From contig CAWCFX010000004.1 of assembly GCA_963795085.1 (NCBI GenBank), forward strand, positions 128,001-192,000: a DNA stretch of 64,000 nt, given 5' to 3'. Both the position numbers and the translations under genes were made by a program. This document shows, piece by piece, positions 26,522-36,810 of this stretch (its first letter is position 1; each line of letters begins with the position of its first letter). The notes beneath the pieces were generated by a model. The model had not been told where the DNA came from, ran no database searches, and saw only the letters and a program-made list of their open reading frames with translations. Origin of the DNA: an uncultured Gemmatimonadales bacterium (lineage in GTDB: Bacteria; Gemmatimonadota; Gemmatimonadetes; Gemmatimonadales; GWC2-71-9).

Positions 26522-27247
26522 TCAGTCCGCGGCCGCGCGGGCCTTCAGGATGATCCGGACCACCTCGTCCGGATCATCGGTCACCTGGAACAGCGCCATG
26601 TCCTTGTTGTCGATCTTGCCCTCGCGCGCCACCGTGTCCTCGAGCCAGCCGATCAGGCCGCGCCAGTAGGCGCGGCCGAACAGCACCACCGGAAAGTGCT
26701 TGATCTTTCCGGTCTGAATCAGGGTCAGCGACTCGAACAACTCGTCCATGGTTCCGTAGCCGCCGGGGAAGACCACGAACGCCATCGAGTATTTCACAAA
26801 CATGGTCTTGCGCACGAAGAAATACTTGAAATCGATGCTGCGGCGGACGTAACGGTTGGTTCCCTGCTCGAATGGCAATTCGATATTGCATCCGATGGAA
26901 AGCCCGCCGCCTTCGACGGCTCCCCGGTTGGCCGCCTCCATGATCCCGGGCCCGCCTCCGGTGATAATGGGAATGTTCTCCTGGGCCAGCAGCCGGGCCG
27001 TCTCCACCGCGGCGGCATAGTGGGGATCGTTGACCGGTGTCCGCGCGGATCCGAAGATGGCCACGCCGTCGAAGATGTCGCCGAGGGAGTCGAACCCTTC
27101 GACGAACTCGCCCATGATCCGGAAGACCCGCCAGGGGTCGGTCTTGCGCAGCGCATCCGGGCGCTCGACCGGCGTGGCGCTCTCGAGAAGAACCTCGTCC
27201 TCGGTCGGCCGCTTCTGGTCCCCGCTGCGACGCGGTGTGTCGTTCAT
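26522..27247 (-). CDS. LOG family protein (TIGR00730, type II)
   Basis: [35 protein letters not shown]. Confidence 0.92.
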   Translation of the reverse strand: MNDTPRRSGDQKRPTEDEVLLESATPVERPDALRKTDPWRVFRIMGEFVEGFDSLGDIFDGVAIFGSARTPVNDPHYAAAVETARLLAQENIPIITGGGPGIMEAANRGAVEGGGLSIGCNIELPFEQGTNRYVRRSIDFKYFFVRKTMFVKYSMAFVVFPGGYGTMDELFESLTLIQTGKIKHFPVVLFGRAYWRGLIGWLEDTVAREGKIDNKDMALFQVTDDPDEVVRIILKARAAAD

Positions 27248-27315
27248 GGCGTGACCGGTGAAAGGAAGAAGCGAGGGAACATGCGTCAGGGCAGGAATAT
27301 AGGTATTCTTGGCCC

Positions 27316-27576
27316 ATGTCCAACTCATGGGCAGGACTCACCCTCCGGCTGCTGGTCCGGGCCATGGTCCGTCCCCGGCTGGCACTGGACCTCCTGCGCA
27401 CGGCCTGGGTCTTCCGCCGCCGCGGGTGGTGGTCACGCTTCCCTTTTCTTCCCTTGCCCGACCCGACCTATCTCCACTGGCGCATGTACACCGCCTATGG
27501 CGACGGCGATGCCGTCCCCCCGGCGGAGGACGTGGTCCGGTTCGCCCGGTGGCGGCGGGAAGTCATGCATCTCTGA
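27316..27576 (+). CDS. Small Trp/Arg-rich hypothetical protein
   Basis: 86 aa; PFLPLPDPTYLHWRMYTAYG; TATTCT 6 nt before the ATG. Confidence 0.6.
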   Translation: MSNSWAGLTLRLLVRAMVRPRLALDLLRTAWVFRRRGWWSRFPFLPLPDPTYLHWRMYTAYGDGDAVPPAEDVVRFARWRREVMHL

Positions 27577-27603
27577 GGCAAGGGCCTCCGTTAGTTTCCA
27601 TCC

Positions 27604-28899
27604 ATGCCTCGCCCCACCTCACCTGCTTCCCTGCCGCGCGTGCTCATCATCGGCGGCGGATTTGCCGGGCTCTATGCCGCCAAACGGCTTCGCGGCGCGC
27701 CGGTCCAGGTCATGGTAGTGGACCGGCATAATCATCACAATTTCCAGCCGATGCTTTACCAGGTGGCTACCGCCGCCCTTTCTCCCAGCGATATCGCTTC
27801 TCCTATCCGGTCGATTCTCCGCCATAACAGAAGAGCTGAAGTCGTGATGGGAGAAGTGGTTAAGATCGACCAAGCCGGCAAGAGCGTTAACCTCGCTGAC
27901 CATAGTGTTTTGACGTACGACTACTTGATCGTCGCTGTGGGCGCCCGCCACTCTTACTTCGGACATCCGGATTGGGAGCAGAACGCGCCGGGACTCAAGG
28001 AGATCGAGGACGCGCTCAAGATCAAGCAGCGAATCCTGCTGGCGTTCGAACGGGCTGAGCGAGAGCCCGATCCGGTCAAGCGGCAGGCCCATCTGACCTT
28101 CGTGGTCGTCGGGGGCGGGCCTACGGGGGTGGAGGTCGCCGGCGCTTTGGCCGAGATCCGGCGCTACGCCCTGCGGCGTGACTTCCGGCGGATTGATCCC
28201 CGCGATGCCACGGTGCTGCTTCTGGAAGGCGGACCCCGGATTCTTCCCTCCTACCCGGCCGGCCTGTCAGGAAAGGCTAAAGAGACGCTGCGTAGCCTGG
28301 GCGTGGACGTCCGGGAAGAGACTATGGTGACTGGTATCGACCGGGACGGGGTCGATGCGGCCGGCTGGCGAATTCCTACCCGAACCGTGGTATGGGCCGC
28401 CGGCAATGAAGCTGCGCCGGTCCTCCGGTCCCTGGGCGTTCCGCAGGACCGGCAAGGTCGGGTCCTGGTGACTGGGCAATGCACGGTTCCCGGCGATGCC
28501 CGCGTCTTCGTCCTGGGCGACGCCGCCCATTTCGAGCAGGACGGAGCGGTGCTGCCCGGGATTTCCCCGGTGGCCATCCAGCAGGGACATTATGCCGCTG
28601 ACATGATCGCGTTCGACCTGGCCGGGAAACCCCGGGTTCCCTTCCGGTACCGCGACAAGGGCCAGCTCGCCGTCATCGGTCGTGGCCGCGCCGTCGCGGA
28701 CATCCGGAACCTCGAGTTCGGCGGGTTCACGGCGTGGCTCCTCTGGATTTTTGTGCACATCTTCTACTTGATCGGATTTCGTAATCGGCTGGTAGTCCTG
28801 ATCGAATGGGCCTGGTCTTACTTCACGTACCAGCGAGGTGCGCGGGTCATTACCGGCAGGGGCCCCGGGAACCTCTCCTCGACAGGCGAACTGACGTGA
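27604..28899 (+). CDS. ndh: Type II NADH:quinone oxidoreductase
   Basis: GGGFAG, FQPMLYQVAT, GGGPTGVEVAG, WAAG, LGD, C-terminal amphipathic helices. Confidence 0.92.
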   Translation: MPRPTSPASLPRVLIIGGGFAGLYAAKRLRGAPVQVMVVDRHNHHNFQPMLYQVATAALSPSDIASPIRSILRHNRRAEVVMGEVVKIDQAGKSVNLADHSVLTYDYLIVAVGARHSYFGHPDWEQNAPGLKEIEDALKIKQRILLAFERAEREPDPVKRQAHLTFVVVGGGPTGVEVAGALAEIRRYALRRDFRRIDPRDATVLLLEGGPRILPSYPAGLSGKAKETLRSLGVDVREETMVTGIDRDGVDAAGWRIPTRTVVWAAGNEAAPVLRSLGVPQDRQGRVLVTGQCTVPGDARVFVLGDAAHFEQDGAVLPGISPVAIQQGHYAADMIAFDLAGKPRVPFRYRDKGQLAVIGRGRAVADIRNLEFGGFTAWLLWIFVHIFYLIGFRNRLVVLIEWAWSYFTYQRGARVITGRGPGNLSSTGELT

Positions 28900-29828
28900 C
28901 GGCCTCCGCCGAGGAAACCAGGAACAAGGCACGGGAACTGGGCTTTCTCGCCTGCGGGATCACTGATCCCGCCCCGCTCCCCCACGCTGTAGAGCTGGAT
29001 CGGTGGCTGGAGGCAGGGCTGGGTGGCACCATGCGGTACCTGCACCGGCAGGCCGCCCGGCGGAAGGAGCCGCAGCGGATCGTCCCCGGCAGCCGGTCGA
29101 TCGTCGTGGTGCTGGACAACTACTTTCTGCCCGACGCGACCACCGCGGCGCCCCGGATCGCCAAGTACGCCCGGGGCACCGACTATCACCTGGACCTGGT
29201 GGAGCGGCTCCGCGCGCTCGCCACGTGGCTCGCCGGCCAGGGAGCGGCGATCGCCCGCCCCTACGCCGATGCCGGCCCGGTCCCGGAACGGGAACTGGCC
29301 CAGCGGGCCGGCCTCGGCTGGATTGGCAAGAACACCATGCTGATCCGACCGGGTGCCGGGTCCTTTTTTTTCATCGGCTCCATCTTCACCGACCTGGTGC
29401 TGCCGCCGGACCTGCCACTCCTGACCGATCACTGCGGCACCTGTACCCGATGCCTCGACGCCTGCCCCACGGGCGCCCTCGTGGCACCGCGGGTGCTGGA
29501 CGCTACCCGATGCATTTCCTATCTCACGATTGAGTACCGGAAAGATTTCAGCCCGGCAGAGGAAGCCAGTCTCAATGGATGGGCCTTTGGCTGTGACATC
29601 TGCAATGATGTCTGTCCCTGGAACATCCGTTTCGCGGAGCCGACCGGAAACCCTGCCTATGCCAGTCGCCCGGCGCCGGACACCGGGGACCCGGATTACT
29701 TTGACCGAATGAACGATGCCGAGTTCGGCCGCCGCTTCGCCGATACGCCCCTGTCCCGTCCCGGTCTGGCCGGAATGCGAAGGAACTGGCGCGCCGCCCA
29801 CCCCGCGGGCGCCAGGCGAGCCCCATGA
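28896..29828 (+). CDS. queG: Epoxyqueuosine reductase
   Basis: IAKYARGTDYH, AGLGWIGKN, CGTCTRCLDACP, CISYLTIE, GCDICNDVCPWN. Confidence 0.93.
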   Translation: MTASAEETRNKARELGFLACGITDPAPLPHAVELDRWLEAGLGGTMRYLHRQAARRKEPQRIVPGSRSIVVVLDNYFLPDATTAAPRIAKYARGTDYHLDLVERLRALATWLAGQGAAIARPYADAGPVPERELAQRAGLGWIGKNTMLIRPGAGSFFFIGSIFTDLVLPPDLPLLTDHCGTCTRCLDACPTGALVAPRVLDATRCISYLTIEYRKDFSPAEEASLNGWAFGCDICNDVCPWNIRFAEPTGNPAYASRPAPDTGDPDYFDRMNDAEFGRRFADTPLSRPGLAGMRRNWRAAHPAGARRAP

Positions 29829-30193
29829 TCTCCAACCTGTACAGCGTCGCCGTCTTTGTTCGCGACATCGATCGCGCCATCGCCTTCTATGAGGACGGCC
29901 TGGGGCTGCCCCTGCTTCGGCGCGGGTCCTTTGGCGCCGAGTTCCTCGAGGGTACCACCCGCCTGGGCATCCATCCGGCGGTGCACCCCGACGCCCAGGC
30001 CCTGGTAGGCCGGCACACCGGCCTCACGTTCGAAGTGGAAGGGCTCCTGGAGTTCTGTGAGCGGTTGCATCAGCGGGGCGTGAAATTTCTGAACGAACCG
30101 ACCCAGCAGGCCTGGGGGATCATGGCGATGATCTCCGATCCGGACGGCAACGTCCTGGCGCTCTGGGAAAACCGGCTTCCAGAATCGGAGTAG
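29825..30193 (+). CDS. VOC/glyoxalase family protein
   Basis: VRDIDRAIAFY...LG, WG...DPDGNVL. Confidence 0.85.
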   Translation: MISNLYSVAVFVRDIDRAIAFYEDGLGLPLLRRGSFGAEFLEGTTRLGIHPAVHPDAQALVGRHTGLTFEVEGLLEFCERLHQRGVKFLNEPTQQAWGIMAMISDPDGNVLALWENRLPESE

Positions 30194-31291
30194 CTACTTC
30201 CCGAGGAACTCCCCGATGGCGCCCATGCCTTCAATGTGGTCGCAGAAGATCTTCACCGTCGCCATGATGGGCACCGCCAGGAGGGCTCCCGGAATGCCCC
30301 AGAGCCAACCCCAGAACAACACCGACACGAATACCACCACCGGGTTGAGCGCGAGCCGGCTGCCAAGGATATAGGGGCTGACGAAGCTTTCCAGGTTGGT
30401 GAGCACGAAGTACGTGGCGGCCGGGAGAAGCGCCTGGGTGGTGCTTTCAAACGTGGCGAGGCCCGCGAGGCCCAGGATGCCGACCGCGACCAGTCCCCCG
30501 ATGTAGGGAATGAAGTTGAGGAGTCCACCGATGATGCCCCAGAGCAGCGGGTTGGGAAGCCCGATCAGCCAGACCGCCAGGCCGGTGAGGACGCCCAGGC
30601 CGACATTGATTGCCGTGGTTGCAGCCAGGTAGGTGGACACGCTGCGCTCGGTTTCCGTGGCAATCTCCATCGCCATCCGTTTGTCCTTGAACCGGGGCAG
30701 CACCTTGATGAGTTTGCCCAGGAAGACGTCCCCGCCGGCAAGCAGGAAAAACAGGAGCGTGAAGATCAGCGCGGATCCCACCAGTAAGGAACGGGTGTTC
30801 CCCAGAATGATGTCCTTGAGCCCCTCTTCCTTGATCTGGACCGTGGCGGCTGGCTTCTCCCCCGCGCCGGCCAGTTCTTCCATCCTGTCCGCGGTGCGGG
30901 AGACCTCGTCGACCGGCTTGCGAAGAATCCGCAGCTTGGATTCTGCGCGTCGGAGGCTGGACGGCGCCTTGGAGACCCATTCAGCCGCGGGCTTGGCCAG
31001 CCGGTAAATCGTCGCGCCCAGCCCGGCGATAAGCAGAACGATGATCAGCGCGGCGCTTACCCCGAATGGGATTCGGAGCTTTCGCCGCATCCAGCGCACG
31101 GCAGGGCTGAAGAGGAAATTGAGCAGAATCGCGATGATTACCGGCAGGATTACCTGCCGGGCGAAGTACAGGGTATAGAAAATCGCCAGCAGGAACAGGC
31201 CGGTCAGAAGCACGACCCGGGGATCGCGCTTCCTGGTCGTGGTCAATACCGGAGGGTTTGGCGTCCCGGACCCGCCCGCCGACTCGACCAT
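30194..31291 (-). CDS. AI-2E family transporter
   Basis: LLNFIPYIG, LNPVVVF, WGWLWGIPGALLAVP. Confidence 0.9.
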   Translation of the reverse strand: MVESAGGSGTPNPPVLTTTRKRDPRVVLLTGLFLLAIFYTLYFARQVILPVIIAILLNFLFSPAVRWMRRKLRIPFGVSAALIIVLLIAGLGATIYRLAKPAAEWVSKAPSSLRRAESKLRILRKPVDEVSRTADRMEELAGAGEKPAATVQIKEEGLKDIILGNTRSLLVGSALIFTLLFFLLAGGDVFLGKLIKVLPRFKDKRMAMEIATETERSVSTYLAATTAINVGLGVLTGLAVWLIGLPNPLLWGIIGGLLNFIPYIGGLVAVGILGLAGLATFESTTQALLPAATYFVLTNLESFVSPYILGSRLALNPVVVFVSVLFWGWLWGIPGALLAVPIMATVKIFCDHIEGMGAIGEFLGK

Positions 31292-31458
31292 GCCGCATTC
31301 CTGTAGAGGGGAAAGCAGGATAACCCGGGGTCATGCGGGGGACCGTGCCTCGGGTCACAGTGAGCCGCATCACCGGGCGCCCTGTACCCGCTCCCCGGAA
31401 GCCCTTATGGTACTAGGCCGCAATGCCGGGATATCAATTTTGCGACTGGAGGCTCGCC

Positions 31459-32211
31459 GTGTTCGACCGGATCTGGCTGACGCTGGTATCACTGTGGGTG
31501 TGGCTGACCTTCGCGCTGGCCACCTTCGTCATGATGCCGGTCATGCTGGTCCTCTTGCTGCTTACCGCGTGGCGGGACCCCGGCCGGTACCTGGTGGGCC
31601 GCGCCTTTCGAGTGATCGGTGTTGTCACCTTCAAGTTCAATCCCCTCTGGACGCTCCGGATTTCCGGCATCACCCTCACGGACCCCCGGCGCCCCTACGT
31701 GGTCGTCTGCAACCACGAATCCTTTGCCGATATCCTGCTGCTCTGCAACCTCCCCTGGGAAATGAAGTGGATGTCCAAGGTCGAGATTCTCAGGATTCCC
31801 TACCTGGGCTGGATGATGCACCTGGCCCGCGACATTCCGGTTGACCGGGGATCCCGCGAGAGCACGGTCAAGGCCCTGGAGATGTCCCGCCAGACGCTTA
31901 GGAATCGGGTGTCCGTCATGATCTTCCCCGAAGGAACCCGCTCCACGTCGGACCAGCTGCTGCCATTCAAGGACGGCGCCTTCCGACTGGCGATCAAGAC
32001 CGGCTCACCTATCCTGCCCCTGGCCATCACCGGCACCCGCGACGCATTGGCCAAGCACGATTGGCGGTTCGGCCGGGCCGATGCCCACGTCCGGGTGCTT
32101 CCGCCGGTCGAAGTCACCGGCTACACCCTCAAGACCGCGGGCGAGCTGCGCGACCTGGTGCGCGACCAGATCGCCGCGGCACGGGACGAGATGCGAAAGG
32201 AAAAGGTATGA
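31459..32211 (+). CDS. Lysophospholipid acyltransferase (PlsC family)
   Basis: NHESFAD, FPEGTRS, PFKDG; GGAGG RBS before GTG 31459. Confidence 0.9.
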   Translation: MFDRIWLTLVSLWVWLTFALATFVMMPVMLVLLLLTAWRDPGRYLVGRAFRVIGVVTFKFNPLWTLRISGITLTDPRRPYVVVCNHESFADILLLCNLPWEMKWMSKVEILRIPYLGWMMHLARDIPVDRGSRESTVKALEMSRQTLRNRVSVMIFPEGTRSTSDQLLPFKDGAFRLAIKTGSPILPLAITGTRDALAKHDWRFGRADAHVRVLPPVEVTGYTLKTAGELRDLVRDQIAAARDEMRKEKV

Positions 32212-32591
32212 ACGCCCGCACGGTGAGCCAACTGGCCCTGCTCGTGGGAGTGACGGGGTGCGGGGACCCCCCGCGCCAGGAAGCGCCGGCGTTCAACCCA
32301 GGCCCGGCTCCGTCCGAGCTGGCGCTGGGAGAACAGGAGTTCAACCGAACCTGCGCGGCCTGTCATGGCAGCCTGGCGATGGGCACCGATGCAGGCCCGC
32401 CCCTGGTGCACATCATTTACGAGCCCGGTCATCACGCCGACGAGTCCTTCCGCCGTGCGGTGACCCTCGGCGTGGTTCCCCACCACTGGAACTTCGGGCC
32501 GATGCCGCCCCAGCCATCCGTCACGCCGGCGCAGGTGGATGCGATCGTCCGGTACGTGCGATGGCTGCAGGGGAAGGCGGGGATCACCTGA
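32208..32591 (+). CDS. Monoheme cytochrome c lipoprotein
   Basis: Lipobox VTG-C, CAACHG, HHWNFGPMP. Confidence 0.85.
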   Translation: MNARTVSQLALLVGVTGCGDPPRQEAPAFNPGPAPSELALGEQEFNRTCAACHGSLAMGTDAGPPLVHIIYEPGHHADESFRRAVTLGVVPHHWNFGPMPPQPSVTPAQVDAIVRYVRWLQGKAGIT

Positions 32592-33525
32592 CCTGCCAGG
32601 CCTTCCCCAATCCGGCCGGCGCCATGACCCGGCCCCGCACACCCGCCAGCGCAACGAGGGTCATCAGGTACGGCAGCATCAGGAACAGCTGATATGGCAC
32701 CGCGAAGCCCAAGGCCTGGAAAAGATATTGCAGCGCGGTAAGCACCCCAAAAAGGCCCGCCGCCACCGCCACGCCAACGGGATGCCACCGGCCCAGCACC
32801 ACGATGGCAATCGCCACGAATCCCCGCCCCGCCGTCATCCGCTCGGCGAAGGTGCCCACCTGGGCCAGCACCAGGGTCCCTCCAGCCAGTCCGCCCAGCG
32901 CACCGCCCAGGATCACCCCACCGGCCTGGGTCCACCCCACACGGACACCAGCGGCATGCGCCGCCTCGGCCGATTCCCCTGATGCCCGCAGGTTCAGGCC
33001 CCAGCGGCTCCGGTAAAGCACCCACCACGTCAGGGGGACCAGGACGAAACCGAGGTAGACCAGGACGGGCTGATCGAAGAGCGCCGGCCCCACGACCGGG
33101 ATGCGGCTAAGCAGCGGGACGGGGAGGGGGACGAAGGTCTCGACCGACGGACTCGCTCCCGCGATCCCGTGGGTCTGCCGGGAAATCGCCCCGGTAATTC
33201 CCACGGCGGCCAGAGTGAGTGCGGTGCCGGTGATGATCTGATCCGCCTTGAGCCAGATCGACACCAGGGCCAGCACCACCATCAGCACGGTGCCCGCCGC
33301 CATGGACAGCACCACGCCTGCCCAGGGACTTCCGGCCTCGGTCCCCAGCACAGCGGCCAGCGCCCCCGACAGCATGGCCCCTTCCAACCCCAGGTTGATC
33401 ACCCCACCGCGCTCCGAGATTGTCTCGCCCAGGGCCGCAATCAGCAGAGGCGTGGCCACCCGCACGGCCGCGGCCAGGAATCCGCCAGCCATCAGAAGGA
33501 GTGAGGGTTCCGTGGTCTCACCCAT
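32584..33525 (-). CDS. Nucleoside-type (CUT2) ABC permease
   Basis: ERGGVINLGLEG, GESAEAA, GRGFVAIA, MLPY. Confidence 0.9.
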   Translation of the reverse strand: MGETTEPSLLLMAGGFLAAAVRVATPLLIAALGETISERGGVINLGLEGAMLSGALAAVLGTEAGSPWAGVVLSMAAGTVLMVVLALVSIWLKADQIITGTALTLAAVGITGAISRQTHGIAGASPSVETFVPLPVPLLSRIPVVGPALFDQPVLVYLGFVLVPLTWWVLYRSRWGLNLRASGESAEAAHAAGVRVGWTQAGGVILGGALGGLAGGTLVLAQVGTFAERMTAGRGFVAIAIVVLGRWHPVGVAVAAGLFGVLTALQYLFQALGFAVPYQLFLMLPYLMTLVALAGVRGRVMAPAGLGKAWQVR

Positions 33526-34565
33526 CAGGCGCCCGGTTCCCCGTCCGGAACCCTGATGGCAATGGCCCGCCGGGACTGTGTCTCGCCGAGCAACACGGCC
33601 AGAATGATGACGGCCTCCACCACGTAGACCACGACCGAGGGCACGCCGGCGTCCCGCTGCATGGCCGCGGCCCCGGTTTCCAGCGCGGCAAACAGGACGC
33701 CTGTCACGATAATCCCAACCGGGTTCAGGCGCGCCAGGAGTGCCACGGCGATGCCGGTGAAGCCGAACCCGGGCGAGAGATTCTGAAACAGGGCGAAGGT
33801 GACCCCGGTAACCTCCATGCCCCCCGCCAGCCCGGCGAACATGCCAGAGATGAGCAGGACCACGGCAATCAGGCGGCCGACCGGAATCCGCCCGCTCACC
33901 GAGGCGGCCCTCGGGTTGGCACCCGCCGCACGAACTTGAAACCCCCAAAGGGTCCGTGAGCGGATGAAACCCAGCCCGGTGGCGAGCACCAGCGCCGCGA
34001 CAAATCCCCAGTGCAGCCTGCTGCCCCAGAGGAAGGGCAGCCGGGCCGCTTCGGCGACCGGATCGCTCTGGGGGTAAAACCCCCGAGCCTCCTGCAGCGG
34101 GCCCTGTACCATCAGGCTCACCAGCGCTTCGGCGACGAAGTTGAGCAGGAGAGTCGAAATGACTTCCAGAACGCCAAAGCGATAGCGCAACCATACGGGT
34201 ACCGCGATCCACAGGGCCCCGGCGAGCACCGCGGCCAGCAGGGGGAGGGTCACGGCGAAGAGCGGGGGCCAGTCACCGGCATGGAGGCCCACCCAGGCGG
34301 CCGCGATAGCCCCGGCGTAAAACTGGCCCTCCGCCCCAATGTTGAAGGCGCCGGCCTGGAAGGCGAGAGCAACCCCCAGGCCGATAAGAATCAATGGTAC
34401 CGCCCGAACCAGGGTGACGGAGGTGAACGCATACCAGGAACCGAACGCTCCGCGCCCCATGGCCCCGAGCGCCGGGAGAGCGTCGAAGCCCGCCAGTTCG
34501 AGTCCGACCACGAGGACGAGGATGCCGGCGACCAGCGCCCCGACCGCCCCAGCCAGCCCCCTCAC
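33525..34565 (-). CDS. Nucleoside-type (CUT2) ABC permease
   Basis: FNIGAEGQ, EVISTLLLN, GFGFTGIAVALL. Confidence 0.9.
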   Translation of the reverse strand: MRGLAGAVGALVAGILVLVVGLELAGFDALPALGAMGRGAFGSWYAFTSVTLVRAVPLILIGLGVALAFQAGAFNIGAEGQFYAGAIAAAWVGLHAGDWPPLFAVTLPLLAAVLAGALWIAVPVWLRYRFGVLEVISTLLLNFVAEALVSLMVQGPLQEARGFYPQSDPVAEAARLPFLWGSRLHWGFVAALVLATGLGFIRSRTLWGFQVRAAGANPRAASVSGRIPVGRLIAVVLLISGMFAGLAGGMEVTGVTFALFQNLSPGFGFTGIAVALLARLNPVGIIVTGVLFAALETGAAAMQRDAGVPSVVVYVVEAVIILAVLLGETQSRRAIAIRVPDGEPGA

Positions 34566-36037
34566 CCGGCCACCCCAAGCATCAGGCGGCCAATCGTCTC
34601 CCGGCTGGACCCCGGCGGAGGATTGTGGGCCCGGCCATTGGCCACCACGATGATCCGGTCGCACCATTCGAGCAATTCGTCCAGGTCGCTCGAATGAATT
34701 AGTACCGCGGCACCTTCCGCAGCCGCCGTTCGCAACCGGCCGAATGAAACTTGCGCTGCGCGAATATCCAAGCCGCGTCCCGGGTTCTCGGCCACCAGGA
34801 CCCGGGGTCGCAGTGCCAGCGCGCGGGCCAGGATCAGTTTCTGTTGGTTGCCTCCGCTCAGGGTCCCGGCCAGGGTATCGGGACCCAGTGCGGCAATCTC
34901 ATGCTGACGGACCAGTCGAGATGTTTCCGACCTGGCCCGCGCACGATCGATCAGGCCGTGCGAAATCCAGGCTGCCCGGCCGCCCAGCCCCAGGGTCATG
35001 TTCTCGGCGAGGGTGAAATCGGCGATCACTCCCTCAACCGCGCGATCCTCCGGGACCAGTGAAACCGGCTCCGCGACCAGCAGACGGCCAGAGGCATGGG
35101 GGACCAGGCCGGCCACCGCGCGCAGGAGTTCCCGTTCCCCGTTTCCTTCGACTGCGGCGATGCCCACGGTTTCGCCGCCCCGGAGCTGGAAACTCGCCTC
35201 CCGGATCCCGGGCCCTTTTCCATCCAGCGGAGAAACCGTGACACCCTCGGCACTCGCCAGCACCGCGCCAGGAGTCGGAGCCGGGAAGTGCTCCCCTGGT
35301 ATGAGCGCCTCGCCCAGCATGGCGGCCGCCAGCTCCGACGTGCTCCGCCCGGCGGTTTCGCCGGAGAGGACCACCCGGCCATGCCGGAGCACGGTGACCC
35401 GATCCGCAAACCGGATCGACTCATTCAGCTTGTGAGTGATGAGGACCGCGGATGATCCGCCGTCCACCAGCCGGCGTACCAACCCCAGCAGGTCGCCAGC
35501 CTCGGCGGGGGAGAGCGAGCCGGTGGGTTCATCGAGAATCAGAATAGACGCCTTCCCCGCCAGGAGCTTGAGAAGCTCCAGCCGCTGCAGCGCGGCGAAA
35601 GGAAGGATATCGGCAGGTGCCGACGGATCGAGGGCGAACCCGAGGTCCTCGTTGAGCCGGCGAACGGTCGCCGTGAGCTCCCCCCAGCGGAGCGGCCCTT
35701 CCATACCGAGGGCGACATTTTCGAGGACAGTGAAGGCAGGCACCGTCGCAAACTGCTGGTGCACCATGCCAATTCCGGCCCGCCGGGCGTCCCGCGGGTT
35801 ACGAATTCTGATCGGCGTCCCGTTCACGGAAAGCCCACCGCGATCGGGGGACACCAGCCCGGCAGCGATGCGCATCAGGGTGGTCTTTCCCGCCCCGTTT
35901 TCACCCAGGAGGGCATGCAGTTGCCCGGTCGCCACGGAAAAATCGGCCCCGCGGACCGCCTGCACAGAGCCGAAGCTCTTGTGGATTCTACGAAGTTCGA
36001 GACGGGGTTCTCCCAGCGCCCGCCGCAGGCTGCTCAC
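34562..36037 (-). CDS. CUT2 ABC transporter, duplicated ATPase
   Basis: GENGAGKT, LILDEPT, ITHKL, LSGGNQQK. Confidence 0.9.
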   Translation of the reverse strand: MSSLRRALGEPRLELRRIHKSFGSVQAVRGADFSVATGQLHALLGENGAGKTTLMRIAAGLVSPDRGGLSVNGTPIRIRNPRDARRAGIGMVHQQFATVPAFTVLENVALGMEGPLRWGELTATVRRLNEDLGFALDPSAPADILPFAALQRLELLKLLAGKASILILDEPTGSLSPAEAGDLLGLVRRLVDGGSSAVLITHKLNESIRFADRVTVLRHGRVVLSGETAGRSTSELAAAMLGEALIPGEHFPAPTPGAVLASAEGVTVSPLDGKGPGIREASFQLRGGETVGIAAVEGNGERELLRAVAGLVPHASGRLLVAEPVSLVPEDRAVEGVIADFTLAENMTLGLGGRAAWISHGLIDRARARSETSRLVRQHEIAALGPDTLAGTLSGGNQQKLILARALALRPRVLVAENPGRGLDIRAAQVSFGRLRTAAAEGAAVLIHSSDLDELLEWCDRIIVVANGRAHNPPPGSSRETIGRLMLGVAG

Positions 36038-36807
36038 AACCCGGTGTCGTGGCGGTGGAATTCCCAGGGAACGTCAAAGCGATCGGAAAGATGGCGGGCC
36101 AGGCGCTGGACACCCAGTATCTCGGTGGCGTAATGGCCCGCATAGATCACGTTGATCCCCCCTTCAGCTGCATCAAAATATGTGTGGTGGGCGCCCTCTC
36201 CGGTGATGAAGGTGTCGAGCCCGGCCGCGATGGCTTCCCCGATGGCACTGCCACCGGCGCCGGAGATGATACCGACCCGGGCGGCATGGTCGGGCCCGCC
36301 TGGAATCAGCTTGCTCCGGGTTTCAAGGCCGGCATCGAGCCGCCGGACCAGGTCGTCCATCGTGATAGTTAGCTCACCCCAGACCCCGATTGGCACGCCG
36401 CGATGCTGTCCAAACCATCCCTGTACGGGCATGCCCAGCATTTCAGCCAACGCGACGTTGTTTCCCATCTCCGGGTGCACATCCAGCGGAATGTGCGCAC
36501 TATAGACCGCAATCTCGTGCTGCAGGAGGGACCGGAGCCGCCGGTATCGCCGGCCGGTGACCGGCTGATTGCCGTCCCAGAACAGCCCATGGTGGACCAG
36601 CAGGAGTCGGCCCGGACCGTCCCGCCCGCTGATCCCGTCAATGGTGTCCTGGGTCGCGTCGACCGCGGCGACGATGCCGGTAACCGTGCCGCTGTTGGCC
36701 ACCTGTAAGCCGTTCAGCGCCTGGGGCGAGTCCGGAACCTCCGCGATGCGGAGATAGGTGTCGAGATAGGCAGCAACGGTCTCCAGGGGAATGGATCGTG
36801 GGGGCAC
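36034..36807 (-). CDS. Nif3/YbgI-like dinuclear metal centre protein
   Basis: NGLQV, HHGLFW, HIPLDVHP..GNN, AGHYATE. Confidence 0.92.
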   Translation of the reverse strand: MPPRSIPLETVAAYLDTYLRIAEVPDSPQALNGLQVANSGTVTGIVAAVDATQDTIDGISGRDGPGRLLLVHHGLFWDGNQPVTGRRYRRLRSLLQHEIAVYSAHIPLDVHPEMGNNVALAEMLGMPVQGWFGQHRGVPIGVWGELTITMDDLVRRLDAGLETRSKLIPGGPDHAARVGIISGAGGSAIGEAIAAGLDTFITGEGAHHTYFDAAEGGINVIYAGHYATEILGVQRLARHLSDRFDVPWEFHRHDTGL

Positions 36808-36810
36808 GGG

